Position numbers and translations under genes: made by a program
Assembly (NCBI GenBank): GCA_026415435.1
Contig: JAOAHC010000045.1
Coordinates: 99,069 to 163,068 of the forward strand
Direction: 5' to 3'
From: Clostridia bacterium
Lineage (GTDB): Bacteria > Bacillota > Clostridia > TANB77 > CAG-465
Length of the DNA: 64,000 nt
In this document: piece after piece, positions 40,965 through 51,850 of the stretch
Numbering within the stretch: the stretch's first letter is position 1
How the letters are laid out: every line of letters begins with the position of its first letter
The notes under the pieces: model-generated
Databases searched by the model: none
Told to the model about the DNA's origin: nothing
What the model saw: the letters and a program-made list of their open reading frames with translations, nothing else

Positions 40965-42710
40965 ATGTTTGAACAATTTAATTTGAAAAATGTTATACTT
41001 ACAAAATATCTATTTTTTACTGGTAAAGGTGGCACAGGTAAAACATCAACAGCATGTAGTATAGCAGTTAATTTAGCTGAAAGTGGTAAAAAAGTTTATT
41101 TAGTAAGTACAGATCCGGCATCTAATTTACAAGATGTTTTTGATACTGAACTTACAAACAAAGCTAAAAATATAGAAGGAATATCTAATTTAGTTGTCTC
41201 TAATCTTGATCCAGTTAATTCTGCTAAAGAATATAGAGATTCAGTTATAGAACCATATATTGGCGTGTTACCAGAATCAGCAATAAAAAATATGGAGGAA
41301 CAATTATCGGGATCATGTACTGTAGAAATAGCAGCGTTCAATGAGTTTTCACACATTATAACTGATAAAGAAATAAGTAAAAACTATGATTATGTTATAT
41401 TTGATACTGCACCAACAGGGCATACTTTAAGAATGTTAGCTCTTCCATCTGCTTGGTCTAATTTTATTGATACAAATAAGTTTGGTGCATCTTGCTTAGG
41501 GCAATTATCAGGACTAGGAGATCAAAAAGAAATCTATCACGAAGCGGTAAACACACTTAAAGATAAAGAAAAAACAACACTTATACTTATAACTAGACCT
41601 GAAGAGACCCCTTTAAAAGAAGCTTCAAGATCATCAATGGAATTGAAAAATATTGGGATGAATAATCAAATACTAATAATAAATGGTATTATTACCGAAC
41701 ATGAAGATAGTGTATCTAGTTCAATATTTGATAAGCAATATAAATCAATACAAAATATGCCTGATGAATTATCAGACATAACTAAATATATGATACCATT
41801 AAGAGGATATAATATAATTGGAATCAATAATATAAGAGATTTAATAAATAAAGATAAATTTGATGAAATAAATGAAGAACTACATAGAGCAGATATAAAT
41901 TCCTTAAAAGATGTTATTGATGATATAGATCTAAATGAGAAGAAAGTTGTTTTTACTATGGGAAAAGGTGGAGTAGGAAAAACTACTATTGCATCTGCAG
42001 TAGCATTAGAACTAAGCGGTAGGGGTAAAAAAGTAGTACTTGCAACTACTGATCCAGCAGATCATCTGAAGTATGTTATATCTGAAAATGAAAATATAGA
42101 GATTATAAAAATAGATGAAAAAAAAGAACTTGAGGAATATAAACAAGAGGTTATTAGTAAAGCAATTGAAAATAATATAACTAACGATGATCTTGAATAT
42201 ATAAAAGAGGATTTAAGATCACCTTGCACGCAAGAAATAGCAGTTTTTAAAGCTTTTGCAAAGATAGTAGATAAAGCAGAAGATAAAGTAGTAATAATTG
42301 ATACAGCACCGACAGGGCATACATTATTATTACTCGATACTACTCAAAGTTATAATAAAGAAATAGCGAGAAGCCAGGGTGATGTACCGGAAGAAGTAAT
42401 TAAATTGTTACCTAGATTAAGAAATGAAAAAGAGACTGAGGTAATAATTGTTACATTACCAGAGGCAACACCAGTTTTAGAATCTAAAAGACTAATGGAA
42501 GATCTAAAGAGAGCAAACATATACACAAAGTGGTGGGTAATAAATTCAAGCATATATTTTAGTAATACAACAAATAAAACACTAAAGAGTAGGGCTATGA
42601 ATGAAATAAAATGGATTAATAAAGTAGATGAAATTACAAATAATAAATTTGCAGTAATAAAATGGATTGGAAATGATTTAAGGGGAAATGAGTTAAAAGC
42701 AATACTATAA
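40965..42710 (+). CDS. arsA: Arsenite-stimulated ATPase ArsA (duplicated P-loop halves)
   Basis: Two GKGGVGKT P-loops and two DTAPTGHTL signal-transduction motifs. Confidence 0.9.
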   Translation: MFEQFNLKNVILTKYLFFTGKGGTGKTSTACSIAVNLAESGKKVYLVSTDPASNLQDVFDTELTNKAKNIEGISNLVVSNLDPVNSAKEYRDSVIEPYIGVLPESAIKNMEEQLSGSCTVEIAAFNEFSHIITDKEISKNYDYVIFDTAPTGHTLRMLALPSAWSNFIDTNKFGASCLGQLSGLGDQKEIYHEAVNTLKDKEKTTLILITRPEETPLKEASRSSMELKNIGMNNQILIINGIITEHEDSVSSSIFDKQYKSIQNMPDELSDITKYMIPLRGYNIIGINNIRDLINKDKFDEINEELHRADINSLKDVIDDIDLNEKKVVFTMGKGGVGKTTIASAVALELSGRGKKVVLATTDPADHLKYVISENENIEIIKIDEKKELEEYKQEVISKAIENNITNDDLEYIKEDLRSPCTQEIAVFKAFAKIVDKAEDKVVIIDTAPTGHTLLLLDTTQSYNKEIARSQGDVPEEVIKLLPRLRNEKETEVIIVTLPEATPVLESKRLMEDLKRANIYTKWWVINSSIYFSNTTNKTLKSRAMNEIKWINKVDEITNNKFAVIKWIGNDLRGNELKAIL

Positions 42711-42801
42711 TTAAGTTATTTTGAAATAAAGATATTATATATTAAATGGGCATGTACACAAGTATATGTCTATTTTATTTTTTATAAAAAGGATTTTAAA
42801 A

Positions 42802-42961
42802 ATGGGACGCTGTAAGTGGGTGCTGTTGGGACGCCATAGATATAAAAAATGATAGGGTTTGACAAAGTTTGAAAAACGTGAACTGCTTGAAAACACTAAA
42901 AACAAAAAATAAGAGAGGTTATAAAAACCTCTCAAATTGGTCGGAGTGACAGGACTTGAAC
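42802..42961. repeat. Composite att region: arm-type GGGACGC repeats (42802-42835), a hairpin (42911-42934) and a 24-nt copy of the tRNA-Pro 3' end (42938-42961). Interpreted as attR of element A fused to attL of element B
   Basis: 42938-42961 is identical to 55018-55041 (TGGTCGGAGTGACAGGACTTGAAC). Confidence 0.7.
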
Positions 42962-43063
42962 ATGATAAATGAATTATTTTAAAATGTTTTATATTATTAT
43001 AAAATTGGTCATATTAAACCATTTGTTGAATTTAGTTGTCATAATTTATTTCGGGTTATTTTA

Positions 43064-43099
43064 AAGTGTCGTAGATTCCGACACTTTTTCGACACTTTA
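43064..43099. repeat. Three copies of CGACACTTT (one inverted, two direct), arm-type sites of element B
   Basis: The same CCGACACTTTTT(G/C)GACACTTT is found at 54930-54950, just inside the other end. Confidence 0.55.
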
Positions 43100-43320
43100 G
43101 GGGGAGTACTTTACATATCTTAAACATTATAAGAAATGTAATAGCCATATAGCACTAAGAGTAAATTGCCAAAGTTGAATTATAATAAATATTTAATAAA
43201 TATAACTTTTGTCGAATAATGTCACAAAAGTGTTTTATAAGATGATAATATTGCAAAAAACAGGAAAAAAATGTATAATATATTTAATAATTAAAGATAT
43301 ATAGCAAAGGATGTAGTTTT

Positions 43321-46300
43321 ATGGAAGTAAAAAAAGATATTGAAGAAGTTAAGAAAAATGTTAATATGTATTTCAAGGATGAAGCAGTAAAAAATTATAA
43401 AGAGGATAAATTATATAATGGACATATTTCAAAAAATATAATTAATACTATTGAAGCAAATAGTCCACCTTATAATATAGCACTAATAGGTAAATGGGGT
43501 ACAGGCAAAACAAGTATACTAAATTTTGTACAAGCAGACTTAGAGGAAAAGGGATATATTTTTACTACGATAAATGCTTGGAAATATGAAAAAGATTCTA
43601 TTAGAAAAGCTTTTATATTGGAAATATTAAAAAAATTAGATTATAAAGAAGAAAAAATAAAAGATATTATAAAAGAATTTTTGGAAAATTTAAGTAAGAA
43701 ATATTACATAGATGAAAAAAATATTGAATTAGAGAGTTCAAGTAAATTTAAGAAGTTCCAAAAGATTATAAATTTCTTTAAACATATTGGCATTTATATA
43801 TTAAATTTATTTAGGGGAATATTCACCTTTTTTCCAATGGTAGTCATTTATATTTCAACGTTAGCTGTAATTGATATTATATTAAATATATATGGCGTAA
43901 ATATAGAAGATTATAATGGCATTCGATTAGAAGCAATTTTAAGCATGGTGTTATTTGTAATTGGTATTATATATGATGGCACTAAAATAGTAGCAAAATC
44001 CAAAAGAATAATAAATGTGAATGAGAGTATAAAAGATGCAACGTATTATGAATCTGAACTAGAAAATTATTTAAAAAAGTATAAAGCTGATATGAAAAAT
44101 GCTGGGAAAAAATTTAGTGGTGTAGTATGTATTATCGATGATATGGATAGATTAAATGCTTCCAAGATTGTTGAATCATTAAGCGCTGTTAAGGGATTTG
44201 TTGGGCTAGAAGATATAATATTTATAGTACCATATGATGTAAATATTGTCAAAGAAGCTATAAAGAAGAATCAAAATAATATTAATAATTACAATGCTTA
44301 TGAATTGGTTGAAAGTGAATTAGTATTAAATAAACTTTTCCAATTTAAATTTTATTTGCCAGAGTTGATAAAGCAGGATATGTATGAATATATTATTAAG
44401 TTATTAGATTCAAATGAGTGTGAAGTAGGTTTTATTAATAATTTGTTTGATAAATATTATTTTACAAATAGTATTCTACCTATTCTAATACACGAGCTCA
44501 TAGATACTCCTAGAGAGGCAAAAAATATTATAAATGCTTTTGTAAGTAAATATATTATTGCTAAAAATAGGCAAGAAGAGGGAATATTAGATTTAGAGCA
44601 AAATGATATAAGAATGTTAGCAAAGCTTACTGTTTTAGAAAATGATTATAAAGAATTATATGATTATATTTTAGATTATCCTGATATTCTAGATATAGTA
44701 CTTGAAATGTCAAAAGAAAAAGATGATATTGATGGTGATATTTTAAACGTCAAAAATTATAAATTAGAAGATTATAGTAAAGAAGAAATAATAATCTTCA
44801 CAAAACTTTTAAAATGCTATCAAAGAGTAAAATTTAAGTCATTAATTAATTTTCTATCATCATACAGTACTTTAAATGCAGATAATGTTGAAAGATTGAT
44901 ATACCTAAAAAATAGTGAAAAGGAAAATAAACATGGTGGTAAGATTGTAAAAGAATTTATTAACTATTTGAAAAGTTTAAATATTGAAAGTGCTAAAACT
45001 ACAATTTCTAAAATTGATAATGCATCAGAATTAATATATTTAGAACTTAATAAGTTAGATAGCAATCCAGATAAAAGAGATAACTTAGCAATATCAACAA
45101 TAAAGTTATTTGATAATATAAATAATTATAAAGAAGAAATATATAATATGATAGATAGTTATTTAAGTTATATAGATATTGAAGATAAAAAATTAAATGA
45201 AATTAAAATAGATGATTTATTAAAGATAATGAATATTAATCCAAAATTAAGTAATATAAAAGAGATTTTTATTAATAAGCTAAAAAATTACGATTATTCA
45301 GTAGAATATACAGGAACACGTGACAATTCTGATTATTACAATACTGGTAGAGTTAGTGATGATATTAATAGTATTATAAAAAATATTGATTTATTAGATG
45401 AAAGTTTATCAGGAATTGTAAAAGAATTTATAAAAAAAATATTTACTAATAAATTAGATAAGGAAAATGGAATAACTCAATATAATTTAAATTTTCTTGT
45501 AAAAAATATTAAAATTAAACTAAATGACAACTTAATAAATAAAGTACTAGGAAAAGAGTATATAGAAAATGTAATTAAAAATATTAGTAAAAACAACTTT
45601 GATAATATTAATCATATAAAAGAATACTATATTTCAACTGATAAAATAGATGATTTTATAGAGTTGATTGTAGCTTATTGTATTGATAAAAAAATAATAG
45701 AAAAAATATTAGATATTCTTACAGAAATAATAGATAAAGCAAGTTTTGAAAAAAAGAAAGATATATATAATTCATTTAATGATATAGATTTTATTGATTT
45801 AAAAGAAAAAGAATTTAAGTACGAAAAACTTGATACTTTACTTGCAAAAATAGAATTAAATAGAATAAATGATAATAGTAGTATAGATGATTTTATGAAT
45901 ACTTTATTTAAAATTTATACTTTACCCAAGACATTATCAAAGTTAGTAGACATCAATCTATTAAATGAAATGCCAAGTACATTAAATATTATTGAAAATG
46001 ATTTAATAAATAATCAAGACTACAATTTTATCTTAAATGGATTGTTTAGTAAATTAAATTTGGAGAATAGGAAAGATTTAATTGAAAAAATTAAAAGTAA
46101 GTATGATGAGATTTCTGAATACAAAGATTTATTATCATTAAATAAATTTATTGATGTATTTAAAGATAAGAAGTATGGAAATACATATTTAAACTCTATT
46201 TCTTCTAAAATTATTAATAAACTAAGGGATATGGAAAGTAGTGTTGAAACAGAAGAAGTTATATATTCTTTATTAGATAAATTGCATGAGAATATATATG

Positions 46301-47136
46301 TCTGCGATATGAGTGTAAGGATAGAGTATTTAGAATTTATACTAGAAGATATATTTGATTATAATAAAGAAAAAGCATTAGAATATATAAATGAAATTAA
46401 TTTTGAAATAGATAGTGAGAAGTTAAAAGATACATTAAAAAAAGTTTTAAATAAAAATTCAAATATTTCAAATATTAAAAAATTTATTTTTAGAAATAGT
46501 AATGCAATTAAATCAAATAATGAATATAAAGAAGATTTTATAGAATCATTTATATTGGAGCAGAAAGGCAATGAAAATTTAGATGATGAATTATTTAAAT
46601 TTATAACTGAATTTGATAATTTAAATAATAAAGATATATTAAATTTATATACTAATTTCTGGAATATAAAGTATCTTAAATATTTGGATTATCTAATATT
46701 AAGGAGTTCCAATAAAATTGAATTAATAAAAAGCATTATAGACAGTAATTTAAATTTAGATTTACTAATAGATATAATTAAACTTAAAAGTTATGAATGG
46801 AATAAAGATTGCTTAAATGAACTGTTGAAAATAGGAGAATATAAGTATTTAAAATCAATACTTTATATTATTTCAAAACTTGATAATATAAAAGGTATAG
46901 GAAATTTATTATTAAATGAAAAATTGAGAGAATATGCATTAAAATTAGAAGAATCTGAATTAGTAGGATTTTCTGAGATATTATCTTTATTAAGATACAA
47001 AAAAATTATAAATAAAACTACTTCTAAAGATATATTTTCTAAGATTACAGTTCACTTAGAAAAAACAAAAAATATTGAAATATCAAACGAAGTACTAAAT
47101 AAAGTATCATTTTTAAATCCTAAAATAAATATATAG
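43321..47136 (+). CDS. Giant KAP-family P-loop NTPase (1271 aa) with a long Lys/Asn-rich helical C-terminal extension
   Basis: Walker A IALIGKWGTGKTS. Two TM helices are inserted in the NTPase domain, which is the KAP hallmark. Walker B region VCIIDDMDR. Confidence 0.8.
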   Translation: MEVKKDIEEVKKNVNMYFKDEAVKNYKEDKLYNGHISKNIINTIEANSPPYNIALIGKWGTGKTSILNFVQADLEEKGYIFTTINAWKYEKDSIRKAFILEILKKLDYKEEKIKDIIKEFLENLSKKYYIDEKNIELESSSKFKKFQKIINFFKHIGIYILNLFRGIFTFFPMVVIYISTLAVIDIILNIYGVNIEDYNGIRLEAILSMVLFVIGIIYDGTKIVAKSKRIINVNESIKDATYYESELENYLKKYKADMKNAGKKFSGVVCIIDDMDRLNASKIVESLSAVKGFVGLEDIIFIVPYDVNIVKEAIKKNQNNINNYNAYELVESELVLNKLFQFKFYLPELIKQDMYEYIIKLLDSNECEVGFINNLFDKYYFTNSILPILIHELIDTPREAKNIINAFVSKYIIAKNRQEEGILDLEQNDIRMLAKLTVLENDYKELYDYILDYPDILDIVLEMSKEKDDIDGDILNVKNYKLEDYSKEEIIIFTKLLKCYQRVKFKSLINFLSSYSTLNADNVERLIYLKNSEKENKHGGKIVKEFINYLKSLNIESAKTTISKIDNASELIYLELNKLDSNPDKRDNLAISTIKLFDNINNYKEEIYNMIDSYLSYIDIEDKKLNEIKIDDLLKIMNINPKLSNIKEIFINKLKNYDYSVEYTGTRDNSDYYNTGRVSDDINSIIKNIDLLDESLSGIVKEFIKKIFTNKLDKENGITQYNLNFLVKNIKIKLNDNLINKVLGKEYIENVIKNISKNNFDNINHIKEYYISTDKIDDFIELIVAYCIDKKIIEKILDILTEIIDKASFEKKKDIYNSFNDIDFIDLKEKEFKYEKLDTLLAKIELNRINDNSSIDDFMNTLFKIYTLPKTLSKLVDINLLNEMPSTLNIIENDLINNQDYNFILNGLFSKLNLENRKDLIEKIKSKYDEISEYKDLLSLNKFIDVFKDKKYGNTYLNSISSKIINKLRDMESSVETEEVIYSLLDKLHENIYVCDMSVRIEYLEFILEDIFDYNKEKALEYINEINFEIDSEKLKDTLKKVLNKNSNISNIKKFIFRNSNAIKSNNEYKEDFIESFILEQKGNENLDDELFKFITEFDNLNNKDILNLYTNFWNIKYLKYLDYLILRSSNKIELIKSIIDSNLNLDLLIDIIKLKSYEWNKDCLNELLKIGEYKYLKSILYIISKLDNIKGIGNLLLNEKLREYALKLEESELVGFSEILSLLRYKKIINKTTSKDIFSKITVHLEKTKNIEISNEVLNKVSFLNPKINI

Positions 47137-47150
47137 TATTATATAACTAC

Positions 47151-47183
47151 AAAATCGCTGTATAACTACACAGCGATTTTTAT
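47151..47183. terminator. Terminator shared by the KAP gene and the convergent small gene
   Basis: Stem AAAATCGCTG / CAGCGATTTT with a 10-nt loop. Confidence 0.6.
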
Positions 47184-47202
47184 ATGTTTATAAAAAAATC
47201 AA

Positions 47203-47364
47203 TTATTCTCTATTTGAAATGGCGAATTTTATCATTTCAATAACAACTTTATTAAATGATATTTTCTCTTTTTTTGCTATTTCTTCTATTATTTTTACAT
47301 CCGTTTCAGGGATTCTCAATGTTTTACTTATTTGAGTTACCTCTTTAGGTATCTTAAACTTCAT
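47203..47364 (-). CDS. Small ribbon-helix-helix (CopG/Arc-like) DNA-binding protein, 53 aa
   Basis: GGAGGA RBS. KTLRIPETDVKIIEEIAKKEKISFNKVVIEMIKF fits a beta-strand plus two helices. Not in the ORF track. Confidence 0.4.
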   Translation of the reverse strand: MKFKIPKEVTQISKTLRIPETDVKIIEEIAKKEKISFNKVVIEMIKFAISNRE

Positions 47365-47523
47365 ATAAATCCTCCAATCTATATTACATTTATAATATAG
47401 TTATATTTTATACTGAAAACAGCATATAAATCAGCACCTATAAATACAATTACAAAACAATTGCAAATATGGTTGCAAAAATACAAAATAAATGGTATAA
47501 TAATGCAAAAAGGAGATGTATTT

Positions 47524-48591
47524 ATGAATAAGATAAAAGAATTAATAAAAAAATATAAGATTTTATGCATTGTAATTACAATAGTGATAGTTTTAGTTAT
47601 ATCTACAATACTAGTGTTATATTTCAAGAATCCTAAAAATAGCTTTATATATAATCTAAACAATAATAACTTTACTAAGGCAAATGAAATATATGAAAAA
47701 AGTATTAAGTACGACAAGAAAGTACAAGTAGAAACTGAAATTGAAGTTGAAAAGATTATTGCTAGTATAACTGAAAACTTTAATAATGCTAAAAAAGGAT
47801 ATAATGAATCTATTGAATTACTTAATAGTGTTGAAAAAACTGGAATGCTAAAAGATAAGGTAATAGAAGCAAAAAAAATAGTTGAGGATTTAAATAAATC
47901 TAAAACGGCATATTTGAAAGCTATTGAATATAGTAAATCTGGAGATTATTATAATACTTTAGTTGAGTTTAATTCAGTAATTGAGAAAGATATAAATTAT
48001 AATATTGCTAAAGAGAAAAGTAGTGAAATTTTGAGCAAATATAGGGAAGAATTATTTAAAACAGTTGATGAAAATGTTGCAAAAGGAGATTATGATAAAT
48101 CAATAGAATTATTAACCCAATTAAGTAAGATTAGTCCAGAAGATAAAGAGATACAAACAAAAATTGAAGTATATAAAGATAAGAAAATTGTTAGTCTAAA
48201 AGATAAACAAGAAGTAAATGTAGTATCTGCAGATTTTCATACTCAATGGTATTCTGATACTGTTTCTGGGATAAAAGTTATAATAAAAAATAACACTAAT
48301 AAAGTAATAAAAAACTACACACTTGGAATATTAGCATATGATAAGGATAATTATCCTTTACAAATATCATATAGTAATACTCTTTTTAGGGGTAAAGGAG
48401 AATCAGTAAATATACAACCAGGACAGACTGGAGGAGAGGATACATATTTTGATATATACTATAACGAAGAAAAGATGAAGACTGCTATTGCATGTGTTGA
48501 AAGTGTTGAATACTATGACGGAACAGAATGGACTAATCCATATTATCAACTATGGTTAGAAAAATATAATGATAAGAGATACTCTAATTAA
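47524..48591 (+). CDS. Membrane-anchored extracytoplasmic protein of unknown function
   Basis: AAAGGAG RBS. N-terminal TM helix followed by a ~320-aa domain. Confidence 0.55.
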   Translation: MNKIKELIKKYKILCIVITIVIVLVISTILVLYFKNPKNSFIYNLNNNNFTKANEIYEKSIKYDKKVQVETEIEVEKIIASITENFNNAKKGYNESIELLNSVEKTGMLKDKVIEAKKIVEDLNKSKTAYLKAIEYSKSGDYYNTLVEFNSVIEKDINYNIAKEKSSEILSKYREELFKTVDENVAKGDYDKSIELLTQLSKISPEDKEIQTKIEVYKDKKIVSLKDKQEVNVVSADFHTQWYSDTVSGIKVIIKNNTNKVIKNYTLGILAYDKDNYPLQISYSNTLFRGKGESVNIQPGQTGGEDTYFDIYYNEEKMKTAIACVESVEYYDGTEWTNPYYQLWLEKYNDKRYSN

Positions 48592-49169
48592 GCTAAATTA
48601 AGGCACCTATGAAGCCCATATGAGCTTTTTAAATATATAATTGATAAATAATGCTTATAAAAATCAAATCAATTAAAACTTGTTATATTGAAGATAAATA
48701 AAAACATAGAAAAAACAGGAAAATTATATTAAAAATATATTTATTAATAAGTTTAATAATAGAGTTAGTAAGTTAAAAAAATATAAATATCTAATTAAAT
48801 ATACTTGTATAGAAAAAACAGTGTTATAAAAGAAAAATTTAACTATTAAAATTTAAGTAAATATTTTATATATAAAAAATTAATAAATTATGCTAAAAAT
48901 AATATTAACATATAAGTATTTATTTGCCTAATTTAATGTGTTTTGAGGAATATTATATTAAAATAATCAAAATTTCTTACAGGTAAATTAACCCTATGTT
49001 AGTCTAGAAAAATATGACAAGAAAAAGTATATAAATATTATTAAAAGGAACTGTAAATGGCTAGATATTAACATTTATTCTACTTTCAACAAATATGTTT
49101 CTACTAAAATAAAAATAAAGAGGTAAAACCTCCTTAAAGAAATGAACATTACTTAGTTTTATATGTATG

Positions 49170-49230
49170 ATATTTACCGTATTACTGTGTTTACCGATAC
49201 TAATCTACTTAGTATCGGTAAAACACTAGA
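49170..49230. repeat. Long imperfect palindrome (GTGTTTACCGATACTA...TAGTATCGGTAAAACAC), a candidate replication origin of element B
   Basis: A 16-bp stem with outer TACCGT/ACGGTA extension. It lies 25 bp downstream of the AAA_25 gene and borders a ~600-bp AT-rich noncoding stretch. Confidence 0.4.
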
Positions 49231-49253
49231 AACGGTATATTTTTATATAGAGA

Positions 49254-50339
49254 TTACTCTATAGGTCTAAATGTGTGGTCTCTACGACCATTTTTTCCGT
49301 TTTCAGGTGGTGGAGTATATTCTATGTCATCTTGATTTTTTAGTAATTCTTTTATATTCCTTAGATGCTTAGATAACGTAACGGGAGTATAAGAGAGATT
49401 ATTGTTATTATGTCTTTGGCAAACATCTAATAATTGCTGAGCACTACCAAACCACGCATATTCTGATTCTACTAGATGTTTTATTACTTTTACAACAGGG
49501 TCTTTTAGATAGTCTATTACTTTTTGCTGTTCTTGAAGTTCTTCTTTGTTTCCTATAAGTTCCCACTTACAAGTAGTATTATTAAATGAAATTATATAAT
49601 CATTTTCTACAATATCTCTACCAGTTATTGACCATTTTGTTTCTATATCCTCTCTTTTATTTTTCGTAAATACATATGCTGTATCAACCGCACCAAGTAT
49701 AGCAGTGGAACCAGAAATCATATTGAAAGAATCGCTATCATCCTTTGATTTCCTTAGATGGTGTATTAATAATATACATATATTATATTTATCAGCTAAA
49801 TTCTTTATTGCACTCATATCCCTATAGTCTCCAGCATACACATTTTGACTACCATATGCATTTTCTCTTACTTTTTGAAGAGTGTCTATAACTATTAGTT
49901 TTGTGTCTGGATGTTCTATAATATATAAATCTAAATAATCAATTAGCCCACTAGATAATCCAGGTATTTCTGTAGTAAAATTGAAATTACTTGGTGCTGT
50001 ATCATTGTTTAGTAGTTTTTCTACACGCTCTTTCAATCTTTTTTCACCATCCTCTAATGCTAAGTACAAGCATCCTGATTTTCTTGTTTCAAAACCAAGA
50101 AAGGGTAATCCTTTACTAACACTTAAGCATAAATCAAGAGCAAACCAACTCTTTTTTGATTTGGGTGGAGCAGCAAGTATTGATAAGCCTTGAGGTAGTA
50201 CCTTATCAACAATATATGTTGTAGGGTCAAATTCTTTGTTTTGCAGTTCTTGTGCAGATATTGTTCTTATTTTTTTCTTTTTTTTACTGTCTTCTTCTAA
50301 ATTGATAACAGTAGTTTCTTTTAAAATGTCTTTATCCAT
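49254..50339 (-). CDS. RecA-fold AAA_25 NTPase (RepA / primase-associated, replication-initiator-like)
   Basis: Walker A AAPPKSKKS and Walker B LIVIDTL. Strong AGGAGGAA RBS. Confidence 0.65.
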   Translation of the reverse strand: MDKDILKETTVINLEEDSKKKKKIRTISAQELQNKEFDPTTYIVDKVLPQGLSILAAPPKSKKSWFALDLCLSVSKGLPFLGFETRKSGCLYLALEDGEKRLKERVEKLLNNDTAPSNFNFTTEIPGLSSGLIDYLDLYIIEHPDTKLIVIDTLQKVRENAYGSQNVYAGDYRDMSAIKNLADKYNICILLIHHLRKSKDDSDSFNMISGSTAILGAVDTAYVFTKNKREDIETKWSITGRDIVENDYIISFNNTTCKWELIGNKEELQEQQKVIDYLKDPVVKVIKHLVESEYAWFGSAQQLLDVCQRHNNNNLSYTPVTLSKHLRNIKELLKNQDDIEYTPPPENGKNGRRDHTFRPIE

Positions 50340-50449
50340 TTTAGTTCCTCCTAATATAATTATCTTATCTTATCAATGTTAATTTAGGTTAACATTTGAT
50401 ATATCTAGAAATAAATTCTAGACCATTTAATACCAATTAAATTTAATAT

Positions 50450-50629
50450 TTATTCATTGTTTTGAGCAATATTTTTTTGTTCTAATATATACTCATTTAC
50501 ATCATCAATATTAAAAGTAATTTTTGAGCCAATTCTAAAGAATTTTATTTTCTTTTCTCTCACTAATTTCCTTATAGCAGATTCTGAACACCCTAAATAT
50601 TCAGCTAATTTTTTGACATTAAAAAACAT
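50450..50629 (-). CDS. Excisionase/AlpA-family HTH protein
   Basis: MFFNVKKLAEYLGCSESAIRKLVREKKIKFFRIGSKITF. AAGGAGG RBS. The ORF track starts at 50647. Confidence 0.65.
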   Translation of the reverse strand: MFFNVKKLAEYLGCSESAIRKLVREKKIKFFRIGSKITFNIDDVNEYILEQKNIAQNNE

Positions 50630-50861
50630 AAGTGAACCTCCTTTCATATAAAATTTGTAAATAAACGTTTATCTTACACTATTTATTATAACATTAGAAA
50701 TACTCAAAAATCAATACGATTTTACACGTTCGCATTGTTGAACATTTAGTAAATAAAAAGGAAATAGTGTCTTGTTTTTAATCATTATTAAATATGTGTA
50801 AAATAATATTGACAACAAACCTTTGGTATGCTATAATAATATATATTAGGGGGAGAACTTT

Positions 50862-51767
50862 ATGAAGAAATATATATTTCCAACTGAGGTTACGGGCTCA
50901 GAAAAAAAACAACAAAGTTATTTTACTAAAACGTTAAGAGAGACCAGAGAAAAGAGGGCTAGTGAATATAAAGATTCTAAATATAATCCTTACTCACAAA
51001 AAAGCATTGCTGAGAAAATAGGAGTTTCAAGAACAACTTATAGTAACTATGAAACAGGAGACAAATTACCTAAAATAGAGACATTTTATAAATTATGTGA
51101 AGTATTAGGTGTATCTTGCGATTATCTTTTAGGATACTCAAAAAGTCCAATAAGAGAAAATAGAGATGTAGCCAACTCTACAGGATTAAGTGATGAAAAT
51201 ATTGAAAAATTTAAGACTTATAAAGATAAAAAAATAACTTTATTTTTAATTAATAACATTCTTAATAATAGTAAGCTTATTAATCTTTTAAGAGAATATT
51301 TAGTTGAAAAACCTATGAAAGATATATTTAATGAAAATGAAGAACTAAATATATTCTTAAATAATTATAATTCTAACTTTGATAGTCATCCTATAAAAAC
51401 ATATATGGAAGAAAATAAGTATGAATATTATAAATTGATTGAGTATATGCCATTATTACAAGAAGAGTTTAAAAATAAACTTATTGATATTACAAATAAA
51501 AAAGATTATAGTCTATTCTTTGAGTTCTTTAGTTATTATGAGAAAATAAAAAATAGAGATAATGAGATTTATAATAAACTAGAAGATAATGAAATCAAAG
51601 TACATTCTGAGGAAGAAATAAAAGAAATGAATGAAAAGATGGATAAAATGGTAAGAGAGCATGAAGCTATTGAATTAGAAAAATATCTTGAAACTGATGA
51701 ATATAACATGTTTAAAAAAATCAATGAAAGTTATCAGGAATATTTAAAATCTAATTCAAAAGAATAA
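50862..51767 (+). CDS. XRE-family HTH regulator with a C-terminal extension (element repressor candidate)
   Basis: HTH QKSIAEKIGVSRTTYSNYETG. Confidence 0.75.
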   Translation: MKKYIFPTEVTGSEKKQQSYFTKTLRETREKRASEYKDSKYNPYSQKSIAEKIGVSRTTYSNYETGDKLPKIETFYKLCEVLGVSCDYLLGYSKSPIRENRDVANSTGLSDENIEKFKTYKDKKITLFLINNILNNSKLINLLREYLVEKPMKDIFNENEELNIFLNNYNSNFDSHPIKTYMEENKYEYYKLIEYMPLLQEEFKNKLIDITNKKDYSLFFEFFSYYEKIKNRDNEIYNKLEDNEIKVHSEEEIKEMNEKMDKMVREHEAIELEKYLETDEYNMFKKINESYQEYLKSNSKE

Positions 51768-51850
51768 TAATATTTTAGTTGTGGAGGTGATGTTAATGTG
51801 ATTATTTAAGTAAAAATAGATTGGAACTAGAAAAAAAGGAGGAATTTGAA

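Noticed and set aside
42735-42935. Minus-strand ORF inside the att region.
   Set aside because: It lies across the arm-repeat, hairpin and att core and has no RBS.
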